Of a stretch of DNA of 64,000 nucleotides, positions 1-12,522 are shown piece after piece. Position numbers and translations under genes: made by a program. Under the pieces are notes generated by a model. It ran no database searches and was not told where the DNA came from. It saw only the letters and a list, made by a program, of their open reading frames with translations. This DNA comes from Naegleria gruberi (lineage: Eukaryota). Position 1 is the first letter of the stretch. Every line of letters starts with the position of its first letter. Location of the stretch: the NCBI GenBank assembly GCA_000004985.1, contig GG738847.1. One strand, given 5' to 3'.

Positions 1-3000
1 GAGAAAAAGTCAAGTGGAGGTGAGACAAAAACGAAAAAGAAATCCATACCTGTTTCTTCCTCTCTTGAAAAATTAAGCATCACAAGTAATGCAAAAGAAA
101 ATGTAAATAATTCAACATCTAAAAAAACACAAAATGTGGATCCAATCACTATTCCAATCACTCCTCCGAAAAAAAGAATAGTAAGCTCAACAAACTTTCA
201 ATAGTATTGACAAATCTTCATTGATTTCTCCAAGAAATTCAGGAAGATCTTCTTCAACTGGAAAACGAGTACCTACTACTGCTGTAATTAAGAGAGAGGA
301 GCAACCTCAACCTCCAATTGCTAGAGCCATTAGACCTTCTACATCTCAATCCTTATCAAAAAGTCCATTCGCTAAGCAAGCCAGTATGAGCGGATTAAAG
401 TTTCCAAGACAATCGGAGGAATCTTTTGCCACAAGCTCTTCTCGAAAAAGCTCATCAGATGAAAGCTCTTCCGAAGTGGAATCAGAAATGGAAAAACAAC
501 CAGAAAAACTAATAGAAAAACCAGTGGAGAAACCTATTGAAAAACCTCCAACACCAATTGTACAGGAAAATTATGTTTCATTGTTCCAAAATACTGAAGC
601 GCTTAATCGTGTCTTTGCAAAGAGCAAGGAAGTCTCACAAATTCCTGATTTTTGGTTTTACACACCAACCTTTATACCGATGACTCAGTGGGAACAGCCT
701 AACACTTCAAAGTTCAATTGTCCAAATTATGGGACTTTGGACACTTTGAGCTTTAATACTTTAACTAGTAGCTATAATTCAATAAGGCAAAATTGCCCTT
801 TAGTGGTTTTGGAAAAGAAGAAATTTTGTAATCCTGTACCATTTATTGATTCATTTAACAAATATTATGGAGAAAAATATAAGACCATGTTGGCCGAAAA
901 CATGAGACAAGAAGTTAGACAGCGAGAGTTTGAGGTTGATAAAGTGCTCAACTATTTGAAGCACAAACGAGAAAAGGAAGGTTCAAGAACATCCAATAAT
1001 GAGGGGAAACACAAATCTAAAACATCTAAGGCCTTTTCCCTTGTAACACATGGAAAACCATCATCTGATACATCCAAGAAAGCAAAAATTAAGGTGGATC
1101 CAAAAAAGAAACTTAAACCAAAAGCAAAACCTGAAGTTGAAAAGAAGCAACCTACCCTTTTCGAAACAGTTAAACCTTCATCTAAATCCGAAAAGAAACC
1201 ATTTGATGTGGAACAGATTCCAACCTCTGACAAGCTGAAGAGCTCGTCTGATTTAAACAATGCTCCTGCTATTACATCTCGTTCATCTTCAAAGAGATCA
1301 ATTTCAAGAGCAGATTCCCCTATCACTACTACCAATTCCAGACCTGTTTCTCGAACTGGACAACTTAATGATGCTCCAAAGAGAGAAACGCCTGATCCAA
1401 GAGTGAACAAGTCTCGATCTCTTACCTCTTCCCCTGTATTTCAATTCGAACCAAGTTATGTTATGGATGTTAAGAAACCAGTTGATGTGAAAATATCAGA
1501 ATCCAGAACAGCCATAATATCCCTACTTGCAGACAGCTCTAACACCGACTTTGTAAAAACAATGAATCATCTAGGACCACTGCTGGAAGAAACAGTACAA
1601 AAGAAGGAAGAAGAATTAGAAAATATTTCCGCCCTCTACGCTTTGATGAAATCTATGGAAAAAAAGAATGTGGAACAATATAGAAGTATATGTCAGGCTA
1701 TTCTATCCAACAATATTTTCTTGGACTATTTAAAAGCAACAATAACCAATATTTCTTTGAACTTTCCAGAAGTATTCCAATTTATAATGAAAATTGTAAG
1801 AAAGCTTTGTGAATATTCGTTCCAAATTTTGGGGCAATCATCAGTAACTGGAATTCACCATCTCTTGAAATTCATCAAGATTTCTGTCATTAATAATAGA
1901 TTGCAAGAATTGGGATTTTCTGACTGTATCATTGAAAAAATGGATGCCCTTAATGATCACCTCAAACAATTGCAGGATGACTCAAGCCCTGTCCAACCAA
2001 ACGAAAACTCTTCCTCTCCAGACCATGTTCCTGAAAAAGCTATATATAATATTATGAGGGATATGTTCCATTCTGTGACATGTATATCCTTCTGTAGCAC
2101 AGAGGTGAGGACGAAGCTCCTCATGAATACTCCATTTTTTGGAATTACCTCAAGTATTTTCAAGATGAAAAGAGCTCCAATTTTGAAAACAAATGTCTTA
2201 CTGTGTTTGGAAAAAATAATTTTATCGGGTACCAGATGCAATGATAATGAGGAATATCATGACGATAGCACAACAAGTATTCTTTTGGATATGGGATTAA
2301 TGAGCCTAATTATTGCAGATTACAACTCTTTGACCATCAAGGTGAGAAAAAGCTCAAACCAAAAGAAAAAGAAGCAAGCTATCAGTTTAAAACAGGCGTT
2401 ATATCAGTTGATCAGAGCCCTCTCGTTTCATGAAAAAGCGAGAGAAGAAATGTACAAAACAGGTTTTTTCCATAATTTACTATCTGTTATGAAAGAGCTA
2501 GGAGCCAATGGAGAGGAATTTGTTGAGGAAGATGTCAATACCCTAAAGGGGTTGATTCTTGAAGCCATTTCAAATTTTGTTCCCTCTTCAAGTATTCACA
2601 GGGATAGTTTAATTCTGAAATATATTTTCGATACTGTTGTTGAAATGTTCATTTCAGTGCCTGTAACTGCAACCACTAACCTTTTACTCGAGACAAGAAC
2701 ACTACACATTCTTTCACAACTTAGCGACTATACAAGAACCCACCAAATTATTTATGAAGCTAGAGTAGTAGAGCATGCTTTTAATCTCCTTCAAAGGGAT
2801 CTCAATCAACAGCAGGTCCCTCCAGATCAGGGAGCCTTTGTTTTTTCAATGACTTCCTCAACATTCCTTAGCATGCTTCTAATGAGCAACCTCAGTAAAT
2901 ACAAGGAAGGACAGCGGCATATTTATGATAACGGTCTCAATCCAATAATACGATTACTTAAACTGTCTTCCTCCATATCAGAGTACAAGTCAAAATTAGA

Positions 3001-3748
3001 GGCTGCCAAAACAGAAATGAATATTATATTTACTCCTTTTGCTATGAGTTTTGATGAATATGAGCTTTTACCTAAAGTAATTAGCAGAACATTGGCAAAT
3101 ATAAGCACACTTCCAGAAAGTCATTTTACTTTTTTCAAAGAAATATTTCTGGATTCATTGGCATCAATGATTTTATGCATGAATGGTGAGAGGACTGTAA
3201 TATGGAACTGTCTTTGTACACTCTCTAACCTTTGTGAAGCTGATACTATGCTCCAACGAAAGCTTATTTCAAAGAGTGCAATAAGAGACTGTTTGTTAAA
3301 ATATTTATTAGAGAATGATCACAAACTTCAAAGTAGATCCATTCGGTGTATATCAAAGCTGGCTAGAAATGAATCAATTTTGACTCAGATTCATGACACG
3401 TTCAAGATTTCAAATATTGTTCGGGCTATGGAAACCAATTCGATGGATGAATGTAAATTGGATGGTTTAAGGATTTTATTCCATTTTTCTCAATTTGAAC
3501 AGTTTCATCCATCTTTCCTCAAGTCTGGAGCAATTGAATTTATGGTCAAAATAACTCATTCATCAGTAGAAAGTATTGTTGTTGAAAGTTTGAAGAATTT
3601 ATTGAATCTAATATTTGCTAATGACAAGAGCATTAAGGATACTTTGATACAGGCAGGCACAGTAGATCGCCTTTGGGAATTAAAGAAATGTGAGAAAAGC
3701 TCTGAAAAGGTGAGAAGATTATGTCTAAGTGCATTGAAAGCAATGTAA
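1..3748 (+). CDS. Ser/Lys-rich low-complexity N-terminal region plus C-terminal armadillo/HEAT-like repeat protein; the 5' end is outside the window. Frame 1 runs 1..204 and frame 2 is open 185..3748, so a +1 frame discontinuity lies near 185-204.
   Basis: The 1175-aa ORF 221..3748 starts at an alternative TTG and is open upstream to 185. Frame 1 from nt 1 has the same S/K-rich composition and ends at TAG 202-204. The C-terminal ~550 aa carry ARM-like repeats (IQAGTVDRLWEL, LKNLLNLIFAND). No GT..AG pair joins the two frames. The first in-frame ATG is near 386. Confidence 0.5.
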
Positions 3749-3894
3749 TATGTAATAAATTGAGTATTCACTTTCATTGGTAATCATTTTCCGAATCAAC
3801 TTGTACAATAAAAGTTGGCGCCTAAAATTATTCAAATAAAACAACATTAAAAAAAACCTTAGCTTACCGAGTATAGATTACTTATCATCATCAA

Positions 3895-6800
3895 ATGTTA
3901 TCGGGATTTAAAACCTCAATAATTCATATCAACATTGTAACATTGTGTTTGTGTAGTATTACTCTTCTCTTCATATCAACTATATCGGGTGTGAGTTGTT
4001 CGTTATCAGAAGAGTTTGTTCCTGCACTAAAAAACCACAATTCAACTTCAATCCTTTATCAAAGCAAGTATGGCCACCTATCGGATAGATGCTACAATCA
4101 GTTCATCAAGAATTTCATATTCAATCAGACGATTCTTTCCTTTGATAGAAGGACTATGATACTTGGATGTTTCTCAGGAACTTTTGCAGAAATGAAATCA
4201 TGCCACGATAGAATGGAAACACAATTCAGAAAGAGTACTTTCAAAGAGTGCTCATATTCAGATCAGTGCTTACTATTTGGTGACAATCCTTCATTGGTTT
4301 TCAAAATGTATTCAGAACGGGCAAGAAGAAGTGGAAAAGATGAATACGCCACCTTACTTGGAACATTTCCTTCAAAATGCTCGCAAACCATTGTTGAATC
4401 ACTAATTGGAAGAGAGGCAATTATATTCTTCTTTAAACAATCAAATGTGAGCGTTGAACTCACAAAAGAGCTTGTAAGGGGGTTCTTTAAGGAAAACCTC
4501 CAAAATCAATGCGGAAATTACACTGAAAATGCTTTAGAAGCATTAAGAATATTTGTACAGGAGATGCCAAAAGGAATGTTCAATTTTCTTTCCTTTTTAG
4601 AGTTTCAAGAAAGGGTCGAAAAGGATACAGTTTCCTTTCGGTTATTGTTTGATTTATCGATACTCATATCTCTTATCATTAGCACTCTTGTCGTAATAAG
4701 CAGAAAATCTAACAATACCAATCCTGTCTCAAACTCCCAGCCACAATCACAGAAAATGTTCCAACTTGTGAAAAATATATTCTTAAAACTGGACAATCAT
4801 AATCAGAACATTTTGCAAGCAGAATCTTTGATTAAAGCTAGAATAGAAAAAAGTGAAAAGCTTAAATTAGCCATCAATGATCAAGAGAATAGAATATCTG
4901 AATTGACCAATAACTTCAATAGGATGCTAAATGGCTCAAAAGCAAAAGATAATACAATCGCTAAAACAATGGAATTACTGAATGAAATCAAAGATGCAAT
5001 TCAATCCGAAAAAGGTAGAGAACCATTAGATGTATTTAATATGCCCTATTATTTGAAGCAATTGTTTAAAGAGAAATCCGAATCTGAAACTGCTTGTAAG
5101 GAGAAGAATGTTAAGGTTCTCGCAGAGAAAAAACAGCTTGAAGCGTTGAACAAGGAACTAAAGGATAGAATTGAGTTTATTGTTTCAGACAATGAGGATT
5201 TAGGATTAAAAGTAGGTCTACTTGAAGAATCATTGGGCAATCAGAAGTCAATTACTCATTCATTGGAAGACTCTGTGCTAAGCCAGTCTGAACAAATAAG
5301 CAAACTTCTTCACTCTTTGAAGATGAAAGAGGATCAGGAACAAAAAGTGGGAACAGAATTGGAAATTTCAAGAAATGACGTGAAGTTATTGGAGAAACAT
5401 CTGAATCAAACCTACTCTTATTTTGGGATTTTAGAAGAGAAGAATCCTGAATCAATACGTTCATTTGTTGAAAGTCTGAGAAATGAATCAGAAATTAAAA
5501 CAAGAGAAATTGAGAAACTCCAGGAACAAATAGCTAACATTGAAGAGATCTCAGACGAAAAAATTGCCAAGATACTAGAAATCGAGTCAAGAGTTACATC
5601 CTTGCAAGATGAAAATAACTCCCTGAGGTCTCAATTGCATATCGCAACAAAGAAGATCGAGTCAAAATATGAGAAAGCTTCCGATAATCATGAAATTCTT
5701 CTAAAAGATCTAGAAACTGTTAAAAGAGACCTCGAGAAAACGAAATTGGAGCTTGCTTAAAAATCAGATTTGCACAATTCTCTCCAGCTGGAAATTCAAC
5801 AAGCAAAAGAACAACAGAGCAGATATCAACAAAAAATTGCAGAAATAACTGAAATATCCGAAAATCATTTAAAAAAGATAGAATCAATTACGGATCAAAA
5901 TGATTTTATGGCAAAAACCATCGAATTGTTAAAAGAAGAATCCAAAGTGGAAGCAATTGGAAACAAGTGTGAACAATTGGAAAAAGACAATGCCCAAACA
6001 CTTATTGATCTGGCAAAAACAAGGTCAGAACTTTCTGCATTTAAACTAAAATATGAAGAGAGATGTAAAGTTTTAAGCAATGAAAGATCAATCATGGAAG
6101 AAAAGGTTAGAGATATTTCCCAAAAATATGAGAAACTGTGTGCAACAGTTTTAGAACGAAAGAAAGTTTTTGAGGAAGCAAAATCAATCATTGAGGAAAA
6201 ATCAAAGAGGGTGGAAGAGCTTTCTGTTATTGTTGAAACATTAAACGAGAGTATGGAGCAGAAGAATTGTGAACTTGTTTTGAAAGAAAAGAATATTGAG
6301 GAGCTAGTAGATATTGTAAACCAAATCAAGTCATGTTTCTCATCTGCACAGATTGAAGGTGACAATTCAATTACTTCTATTGTTAAAGAAATGATGGAAA
6401 AGCAACGAGAAACTGTAAATTGTTTGGAAGTGGAGGTAGAAGGGTTGAGAGGAACTCTGAGTAGTAAATCACAGATATTTGTTGATTATCAATACAAGAT
6501 TGATGAAATAACAGAAATATTAGAAGTTAGGTCAAAGAGAATAGATGAGTTAGATATTGAACTACAATTTCTTAAGAAGGAAAAAAGTAATTTAGAAAAT
6601 GAAATTATTGAGCTAAAGAAATTAATGGAAGAAAAGGAGGTAAAGTTGAAGGAACTAGCAGTTAGTTTGAAAAAGCTCGCTTTAGAAAAGCTTAGCAGTG
6701 AAACTTGTCTGAATGATGAAATAGAGAGTCTTTCTAATGAAAACCTATTGATGAAAGAGAAAATAGATAAGATGAATGAAGCCCTGTCAAAGAAAGTTAA

Positions 6801-7080
6801 CAAAATTGATGATGCCTATAACTATATTGAAGTTCTCAACTCTGAAAGTGAGAACCTGTGTTCTTTGAATAAGGCAATGGAAGATAAATATCTGAAAGTT
6901 CTATTTGAAAAGAAACAATTCAATGAACAAAAGGACAAGTATGAAAGAATTATCGAAGCATTAAAATCACAAAACGAAAAATTACTTGATGAATTGAACA
7001 ATCAACAAATGATCCTACTCAAAATGGAAAAATCAAATAAGAATGCATTCGAAAAGGAATCCAAAAACCAAACAAAATAA
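3895..7080 (+). CDS. Large coiled-coil protein with an N-terminal signal/TM segment, a Cys-rich region and a second TM. Two ORFs (3895..5760 and 5770..7080) lie in the same frame and are separated only by an in-frame TAA at 5758-5760.
   Basis: ATG at 3895. The hydrophobic N-terminus is MLSGFKTSIIHINIVTLCLCSITLLF and a TM lies at LLFDLSILISLIISTLVVI. The heptad-rich E/K/L sequence continues unchanged across the TAA (…KLELA*KSDLHNSLQLEIQQAKEQ…). Both ORFs have the same frame (coordinates ≡1 mod 3). No GT..AG spans the stop. Confidence 0.5.
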
Positions 7081-7180
7081 ATTAATACTGTTGTGACAGC
7101 AGTTCAACAAAATGAAAATGCAATTAAATATTGAAAAATGATAAAGAAAATGTATTGTATGCGAAAAAGATTTAAGTAAA

Positions 7181-9260
7181 TTAATAATAATCATGATAAT
7201 CTCTAATTTGACCATTCCAAAAAGAGCACAAATCTCTAAAATCCTCTTGAGTGGCAAACATCTGAGCTCCCCTAAATCCCTCGTTCGAATCAGTAGAATG
7301 AACAATAGTTACATTCGGTAAAATTTTAGAAACTTCTTCAGCCCATCCATTTTCTGATCCTACCAATATTACATTTTTTACCTGTTCAATAACATCCATC
7401 CTCTTGGCCCTCAATACTTCTTTTAATCCTTTTTTGAACTCCTTTTCTATTGTCCTGTTTGAATCCACTTCATAAATGTCTCCAGCAAATGAGAAGAAAT
7501 TCAAAACCACACTGATGGTAATTGTGTTTACATCCTTCTCTATTACTATACAATGACTAATACTGTGATAGTATGCTATCATAGTATGTCTTGAAAGTAA
7601 ACAAACTGCAGGAACTTGCGTTTTCAATACCAAATCAATAAAATTGCTCAATTTTTTCATTTTCAGATATTTTGGAGGGATTGAGATTAATAATGGATGG
7701 CTTGGTGTGAAATTAATTTCTTCACAAACTTTGGAGAAAAATGTTCCAATGTTCATGGCTGTTACACGATAATCTTCTGCAGTTAAATAATCAAATACAT
7801 TTCTCTGGTCAGAACCCCTTCTACCAAGCATGGCATCTGAATAGCTGTAAAAGTTAAAGCTATTAAGGTATTGAGATATTGAGAAATTTCAACTCGTATA
7901 ATACTTACTGGCCTCCTGTATATCTACCCACATAGGGCTCAGTCGTTTTTGGAGTTTCATCACTGAAAAATCCAAAAGTTGCAACCTCACTGGTTATATC
8001 AATACAGATAGGTTTAAAATTGCGTTCAGTGAAATTTCTAACTCTAGCAGCATGATACCAATCTGTGAGTGGTTCTTTTTCACATAATTTAAGATAGGTA
8101 TTTCCATTCCAATATTTCTTGTACACTGCTTTCCATAAAATGGGCGATCTTGCAAGATGATTCAAATATCTACTCAATTGCAAACCAACAGAACATATTT
8201 CACTCTCTGAAAGAAAAGTGAATATGTTTAAAATAATCTCCTCTGGTAGAACTGTCAGATTATCATTCTTGTCGTTTTCAACTGGACCTTCCAATATACA
8301 GTATTGCCTATTTAACAAATATTCAAAGGTTTTACCACTCTTCACAAGCAGCCTCTGCCCAGCAAAATACTTTTCTGAAGATCCATAAACATCCCCACTC
8401 TTTTCAAGAGTTTCACTTTCCTTAAAAGCTTGCCCAATTTGTTGGTAAGTTTCTGATTGTTCAAAATTGTTATCTCTTGGAATTGAATTATTATCCACTC
8501 TGAGATACATAATTTCAGTTCTTAAAATATACTTGATTCCACTAATTACAGAACATCCTTCATGATAAAAATCTTGATTAAATAGAGCCAATTTACCAAC
8601 TGAAGGTTTCAAAGTATGATGAAGGTTGAAAGTATCGTCGTTTGGATCAGAGAAGAATTTGGTTTCTCCACCATTGAAATCCTGATTCAAATAGATCAGT
8701 AATGTGTAAATACTTCTCTCATTTTCACTTCTTCTAAACTGACCGTCGGTATGAATTTTGAAATATTCTCCCTTTTCATACTTGCTAAATCTCATACATT
8801 CATTAACTCCACAAGCTACCCATCTTCCTCTGCTGTCCAACCCATACGGGGCAATTGATTTTCCAATCTGATCTAGATCAATCTTGTTCTTTAGTCTATT
8901 AAATATCAAATCGGCCAACTTGTTATCTGTAACCAGTTCTCTCATGGCATTTCTGTGTTCCTTTGGATATTCATCTTCAAGAGATTGAAAATTGGAACAC
9001 TTTTTAATCAAATCTCTGCATTCATCATCGGAAAAGAAATTCGGAATGACCATCAATCTATTCAATGAATCTTCATAGAAAGGACCGGAAATCTCTAAAG
9101 GCTTCAATTCAAATGACTGTCTATCGTAGGAAAACATTTGCCTGACTTTAATAGAATCATCCGGTTCAATCACTGAATATTTAGATTTAATTCGTTGTTG
9201 TTGGAGATGGTCATTGTTATCATTTCTGGAAGAACTTGAAGCACTGTGTTTATTACCCAT
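7181..9260 (-). CDS. Two-exon gene: complement(join(7181..7844,7909..9260)). N-terminal myristoylation-type motif (MGNKHS), a 2OG-Fe(II) oxygenase domain of prolyl-4-hydroxylase/PKHD type, an F-box, and a C-terminal alpha/beta domain of unknown function.
   Basis: The oxygenase motifs are KIHTDGQF…NGGETKFF…FYHEG (HxD…H). The F-box reads LPEEIILNIFTFLSESEICSVGLQLSRYLNHL. The ORF 7905..9260 would stop at TAA 7905-7907, but that lies inside a GTAAGT…TTTTACAG intron (7845..7908, 64 nt). Splicing gives …RYTGG-H-YSDAMLGRRGS… in frame into ORF 7181..7831. Confidence 0.7.
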
Positions 9261-9660
9261 TCTTCCCTTTCTTTACAATGATGGTGGCAACAGTGTTATT
9301 TTTTTTGAATGGAAATATTGTAAAAATTGTAAAGTGAACTTGGAGTTCATGATGAAAGCTTTGATTTGGTGTGCCTTGTGATGTGGATAGTTAATGTGCG
9401 CTGTTATGCAATTATAATAACTGTTGGTAATAATAATTTGTAATTGTTTTTTAATAGTTCACAATATGAAGTTTCTCTTCAATATAATGATCTGTAAAGC
9501 AATTAGTGAAAGTGGAGTTTAAAGAATTAAAGGAATTAGCGGAAAGGTGGAATACTGATTCTAAAAAAAAGGAAGCCAAAAGATTATCACCAAAGTGTCA
9601 ATATCCAAAAAGAAAACCAAACAGAATCTCCATTAATAATTAATTATTAAAATTCTAATA

Positions 9661-9984
9661 TTATTTAAGATAATCTTCAAAAATAGAATTGAAAATCTCA
9701 TCCTCATTATGAATTGTTTCCGTGACTGAATATTTTACAGGTGATGATGAAAGATCAATTATTGGTGTAATAGTATTACTACTTGATTGATTAGAAGCCA
9801 ATTCTTTTGGATGATGACCACTCTCCAATTCTTCTTTATTTTCCTCCATCAAATATTCTGTAAAATTTGTTGTATGAAAAGGAAAAACACAATTTTCATT
9901 CGGACACATCAGGAATGAGTGTGTCGAGTCGAGATCATATCTAAATTTTCTAAGAGGTTGACCACATTCTCCACAAATTAGCAT
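9661..9984 (-). CDS. Small zinc-ribbon protein (CxxC…CxxxxC), 107 aa, function unknown
   Basis: ATG start MLICGECGQ…MCPNENC. A TATA-like element (TATTTATAAT) lies ~35 bp upstream on the coding strand. Single ORF, acidic C-terminus. Confidence 0.4.
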   Translation of the reverse strand: MLICGECGQPLRKFRYDLDSTHSFLMCPNENCVFPFHTTNFTEYLMEENKEELESGHHPKELASNQSSSNTITPIIDLSSSPVKYSVTETIHNEDEIFNSIFEDYLK

Positions 9985-10003
9985 TTTTTTTTGTGTGTTT
10001 TTT

Positions 10004-10014
10004 GAACCTGCAGA
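10004..10014 (-). promoter_or_regulatory. TATA-box-like element upstream of the zinc-ribbon gene
   Basis: The minus-strand sequence CTATTTATAAT lies about 30-40 nt 5' of the ATG at 9984. Confidence 0.3.
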
Positions 10015-10346
10015 TTATAAATAGGCTCTTAATAAATGTGTTGTTGTAAAAAGTAAATAATTTGGTCTGACCTCTATTTGAATCGATTTTGTAAAGAACT
10101 CCATCTACACTTTATGTGCTCTTTTCTCAAACTCAATGAGTGAAAGGAATAATCTGTAAACTCTGTTTTGGTGTGCTTTTTTTTTCGCGTTATTGTTTTT
10201 ATTGGTTCTTCTTTTCTTCTTGCTTGACCATCAACAGAAGGCTTTTGGCAAAAGAAATTTTTGCGAATTAAAAAAATAGCGAAATATTTTCCATTCACAC
10301 CCCTTGCTGCACGTGCATGAAAAGAAAAGCTGAACAACCACAAGAA

Positions 10347-11298
10347 ATGAGCGAACAAAAGACTGTTAAATTCTCTGAAGACACCAAGGATAACACTGAA
10401 GTTACTCCTAGTGTTGCTTTCCCTCACATGATCATTCACGCGTAGGTTTTGCAAATAATTGAAAAAATATATTTAATAATAATATTGGTGATGATTAAAT
10501 ATTAATTTGATGAAAATAGTTGGCATGATCTTGATGTCGGTTCATCAGAGCTCTTTAACGCCCTTATTGGTAGGTATTATTATATTTTGAATAATTAGTG
10601 GTAGAAGATAAATTTGTTTATAATTCCGTTATTGTTAGAAATTCCAAAAGGATGTAAAATCAAGTATCAATATGATACCAAGTACGGTCTCTTGAAGGTT
10701 AGCCACATTCTTAGCAGCTCGTAAGTAGAAATAGAAATATTCACAATTTATGAATTTGGATAGTTTGCTTTATCCAGCAAATTATGGTTTCATTCCACAA
10801 ACCTTGGGTGAAGATAATGATCCAATTGACGTTTTGGTTTTGATGCAAGCCCCTTGCCATCCAATGAGTATTCTTCGTTGCCACCCTATTGGTGTTATGC
10901 CATTGATTGACAATGGTGAACTCGAATATAAGATTATTGGTATGTAGAAGGAATTTAATAATTGTGGCTAAAACATGTCACTAATAGCTGTTCACGCTGA
11001 TGACCCAGAATACAGAGGAATTAACGAATTGACCGATCTTAGACCACACATTTTGAACGAAATTAAGATTTTCTATGAAGATTATAAGAAATTGAATAAG
11101 GATAGTGTTTCTGTTGTTGTGAAGGATATGTTACCAAGGGTTGATGCTTTGAAGATTCTTGAAGAAGGTATTGAACGTTATAAGGATTACGTTAGACAAC
11201 AAAAGAAGTCATTGACTTGTACAAGATATGGTTCTTATCAAAACTTGTTCAGAGGTGGTGCTGATTTGAGCAGTTTTGTTGATGAAGATGATGAATAA
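10347..11298 (+). CDS. ppa: Soluble inorganic pyrophosphatase (family I), 5 exons: join(10347..10441,10520..10569,10639..10720,10764..10939,10988..11298)
   Basis: The spliced product is MSEQK…[76 protein letters not shown]…[12 protein letters not shown]…FYEDYKK. This matches conserved PPase motifs (WHDL, YP.NYGFIP, DPIDVLV, DDPEY). Introns are 78, 69, 43 and 48 nt with GTAGGT/GTAAGT/GTATGT donors and TAG acceptors. The gene ends DEDDE-TAA. Confidence 0.9.
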
Positions 11299-11391
11299 AT
11301 CCTCTCTCTCCGATAATTATTAGAATTAAATTAACAATTTCACTTTGAAAAAAAGAAACAAAAATGAAAGTTCTCTTCATGGCGTAGGTAA

Positions 11392-12142
11392 ATGATTGTC
11401 TTTAACATATCAATGACTCACTCTAAAAAGAATCAATATAGCATGTCAAGTGCTGACATGTTGTTTTACATTAGGATTTGCTATAGGAACTTTTGTTATT
11501 TACATGGAAAATTATTCAACATCAGAGAATATTGCCTTCTGCTCGGAAAGAACATTATTAACTTTACTTGTTGCTTGGTCGGGATTGGATTTCCTCTCTG
11601 TTTTATTTAGCTTATGTATTATAGTGAGTGCATTCTTTGAAAATTGTTTGCAACAACCAAAACGTCGGAGGAGAAGATTGGATGATAATATTAATCAATT
11701 TACATCAATTACTTTTCTCGGATTGAAAATATTAACATTTATTGGTTCATTGGGGATATTATGTTATTTAACTTGGTTATTATTTGTAGAAGATTGTGAA
11801 AGTATTAATAATTCACTCTTTGTTTCCATCACCATTATTGTAGTTTGTCAATGGTTTTGCATTACAGTAATGGCTTGTTGTTTATTCTGTTCATTGACTG
11901 GATTATTAGGATATTTAATTTTCATTGGATTGACGGCAACTCAATTAGATAATACTAGATATTTCTCAAATGACGACTCTAAAACTTTAGGAGCCTCCAT
12001 TATGGAAGATCACAATAGACATGAAGAGGAAAAGAAACTTCTCAAAAAAGAAAAGGACTATAAGGACAAAATTAGGAAAATATATGACCCCTATCAGAGA
12101 CATTACATTCCTGGTACAAACATTCCAGATCCCAAATATTAA
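11392..12142 (+). CDS. Small polytopic membrane protein (about 4 TM segments) with a charged C-terminal tail; the start is ambiguous. An ATG-initiated ORF 11392..11610 overlaps the main ORF 11450..12142 in the +1 frame.
   Basis: The main frame (11450..12142) encodes a TM-loop-TM pattern (GFAIGTFVIYMENY…TLLTLLVAWSGLDFLSVLFSLCIIVSAFF…) but has no ATG before ~11505. The upstream ATG at 11392 lies in the other frame, which is open until TAG 11608-11610. Confidence 0.45.
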
Positions 12143-12522
12143 TATTAATTGGACATCTGACTCACAAGTTGACTTCCAACTATTATAATTTTGTAACACC
12201 ATTGTACATTACACTATTACAACAACCATCGATTGGGGAATTAATGATTACACTTTCCTTAATGAAAGGACTTCCAACTGCTCCTCTCTATCTAATCTCG
12301 TATTGTTCATTTTCAATGAGAGAACAATGCACTTGAGGAAGGAGGTGGACTGTCTAAGGCTCTACGACAACAAATGAGATGATTATTTTTGAAAGAAGAA
12401 CGAAAAGGAGTTTGCAAGTTCGAATTGGAAATTAGAGAAAATCATCGAACCAGGTTTGTGTTCGCACAAATCAAACTCTCTTATGAATAAAAGGTGATGA
12501 AAACAAGCCACAATACAAAAAA

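Noticed and set aside
952-1410. A 152-aa minus-strand ORF antisense to gene 1, and similar antisense ORFs at 5895..6365, 6489..6803, 13426..13620, 21012..21203, 23144..23449, 23959..24291, 40437..40853 and 56550..56972
   Set aside because: They lie entirely inside strongly supported coding ORFs on the opposite strand. They have odd composition (Phe/Ser/Leu-rich mirrors of the sense codons) and no domain signals. They are typical antisense shadows in low-complexity coding DNA.
10074-10454. A 126-aa minus-strand ORF overlapping the first exon of the pyrophosphatase gene
   Set aside because: The plus strand here encodes the conserved N-terminus (MSEQK…IIHAWHDL) of pyrophosphatase and a canonical intron. 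The minus ORF is junk-like and has no start context.
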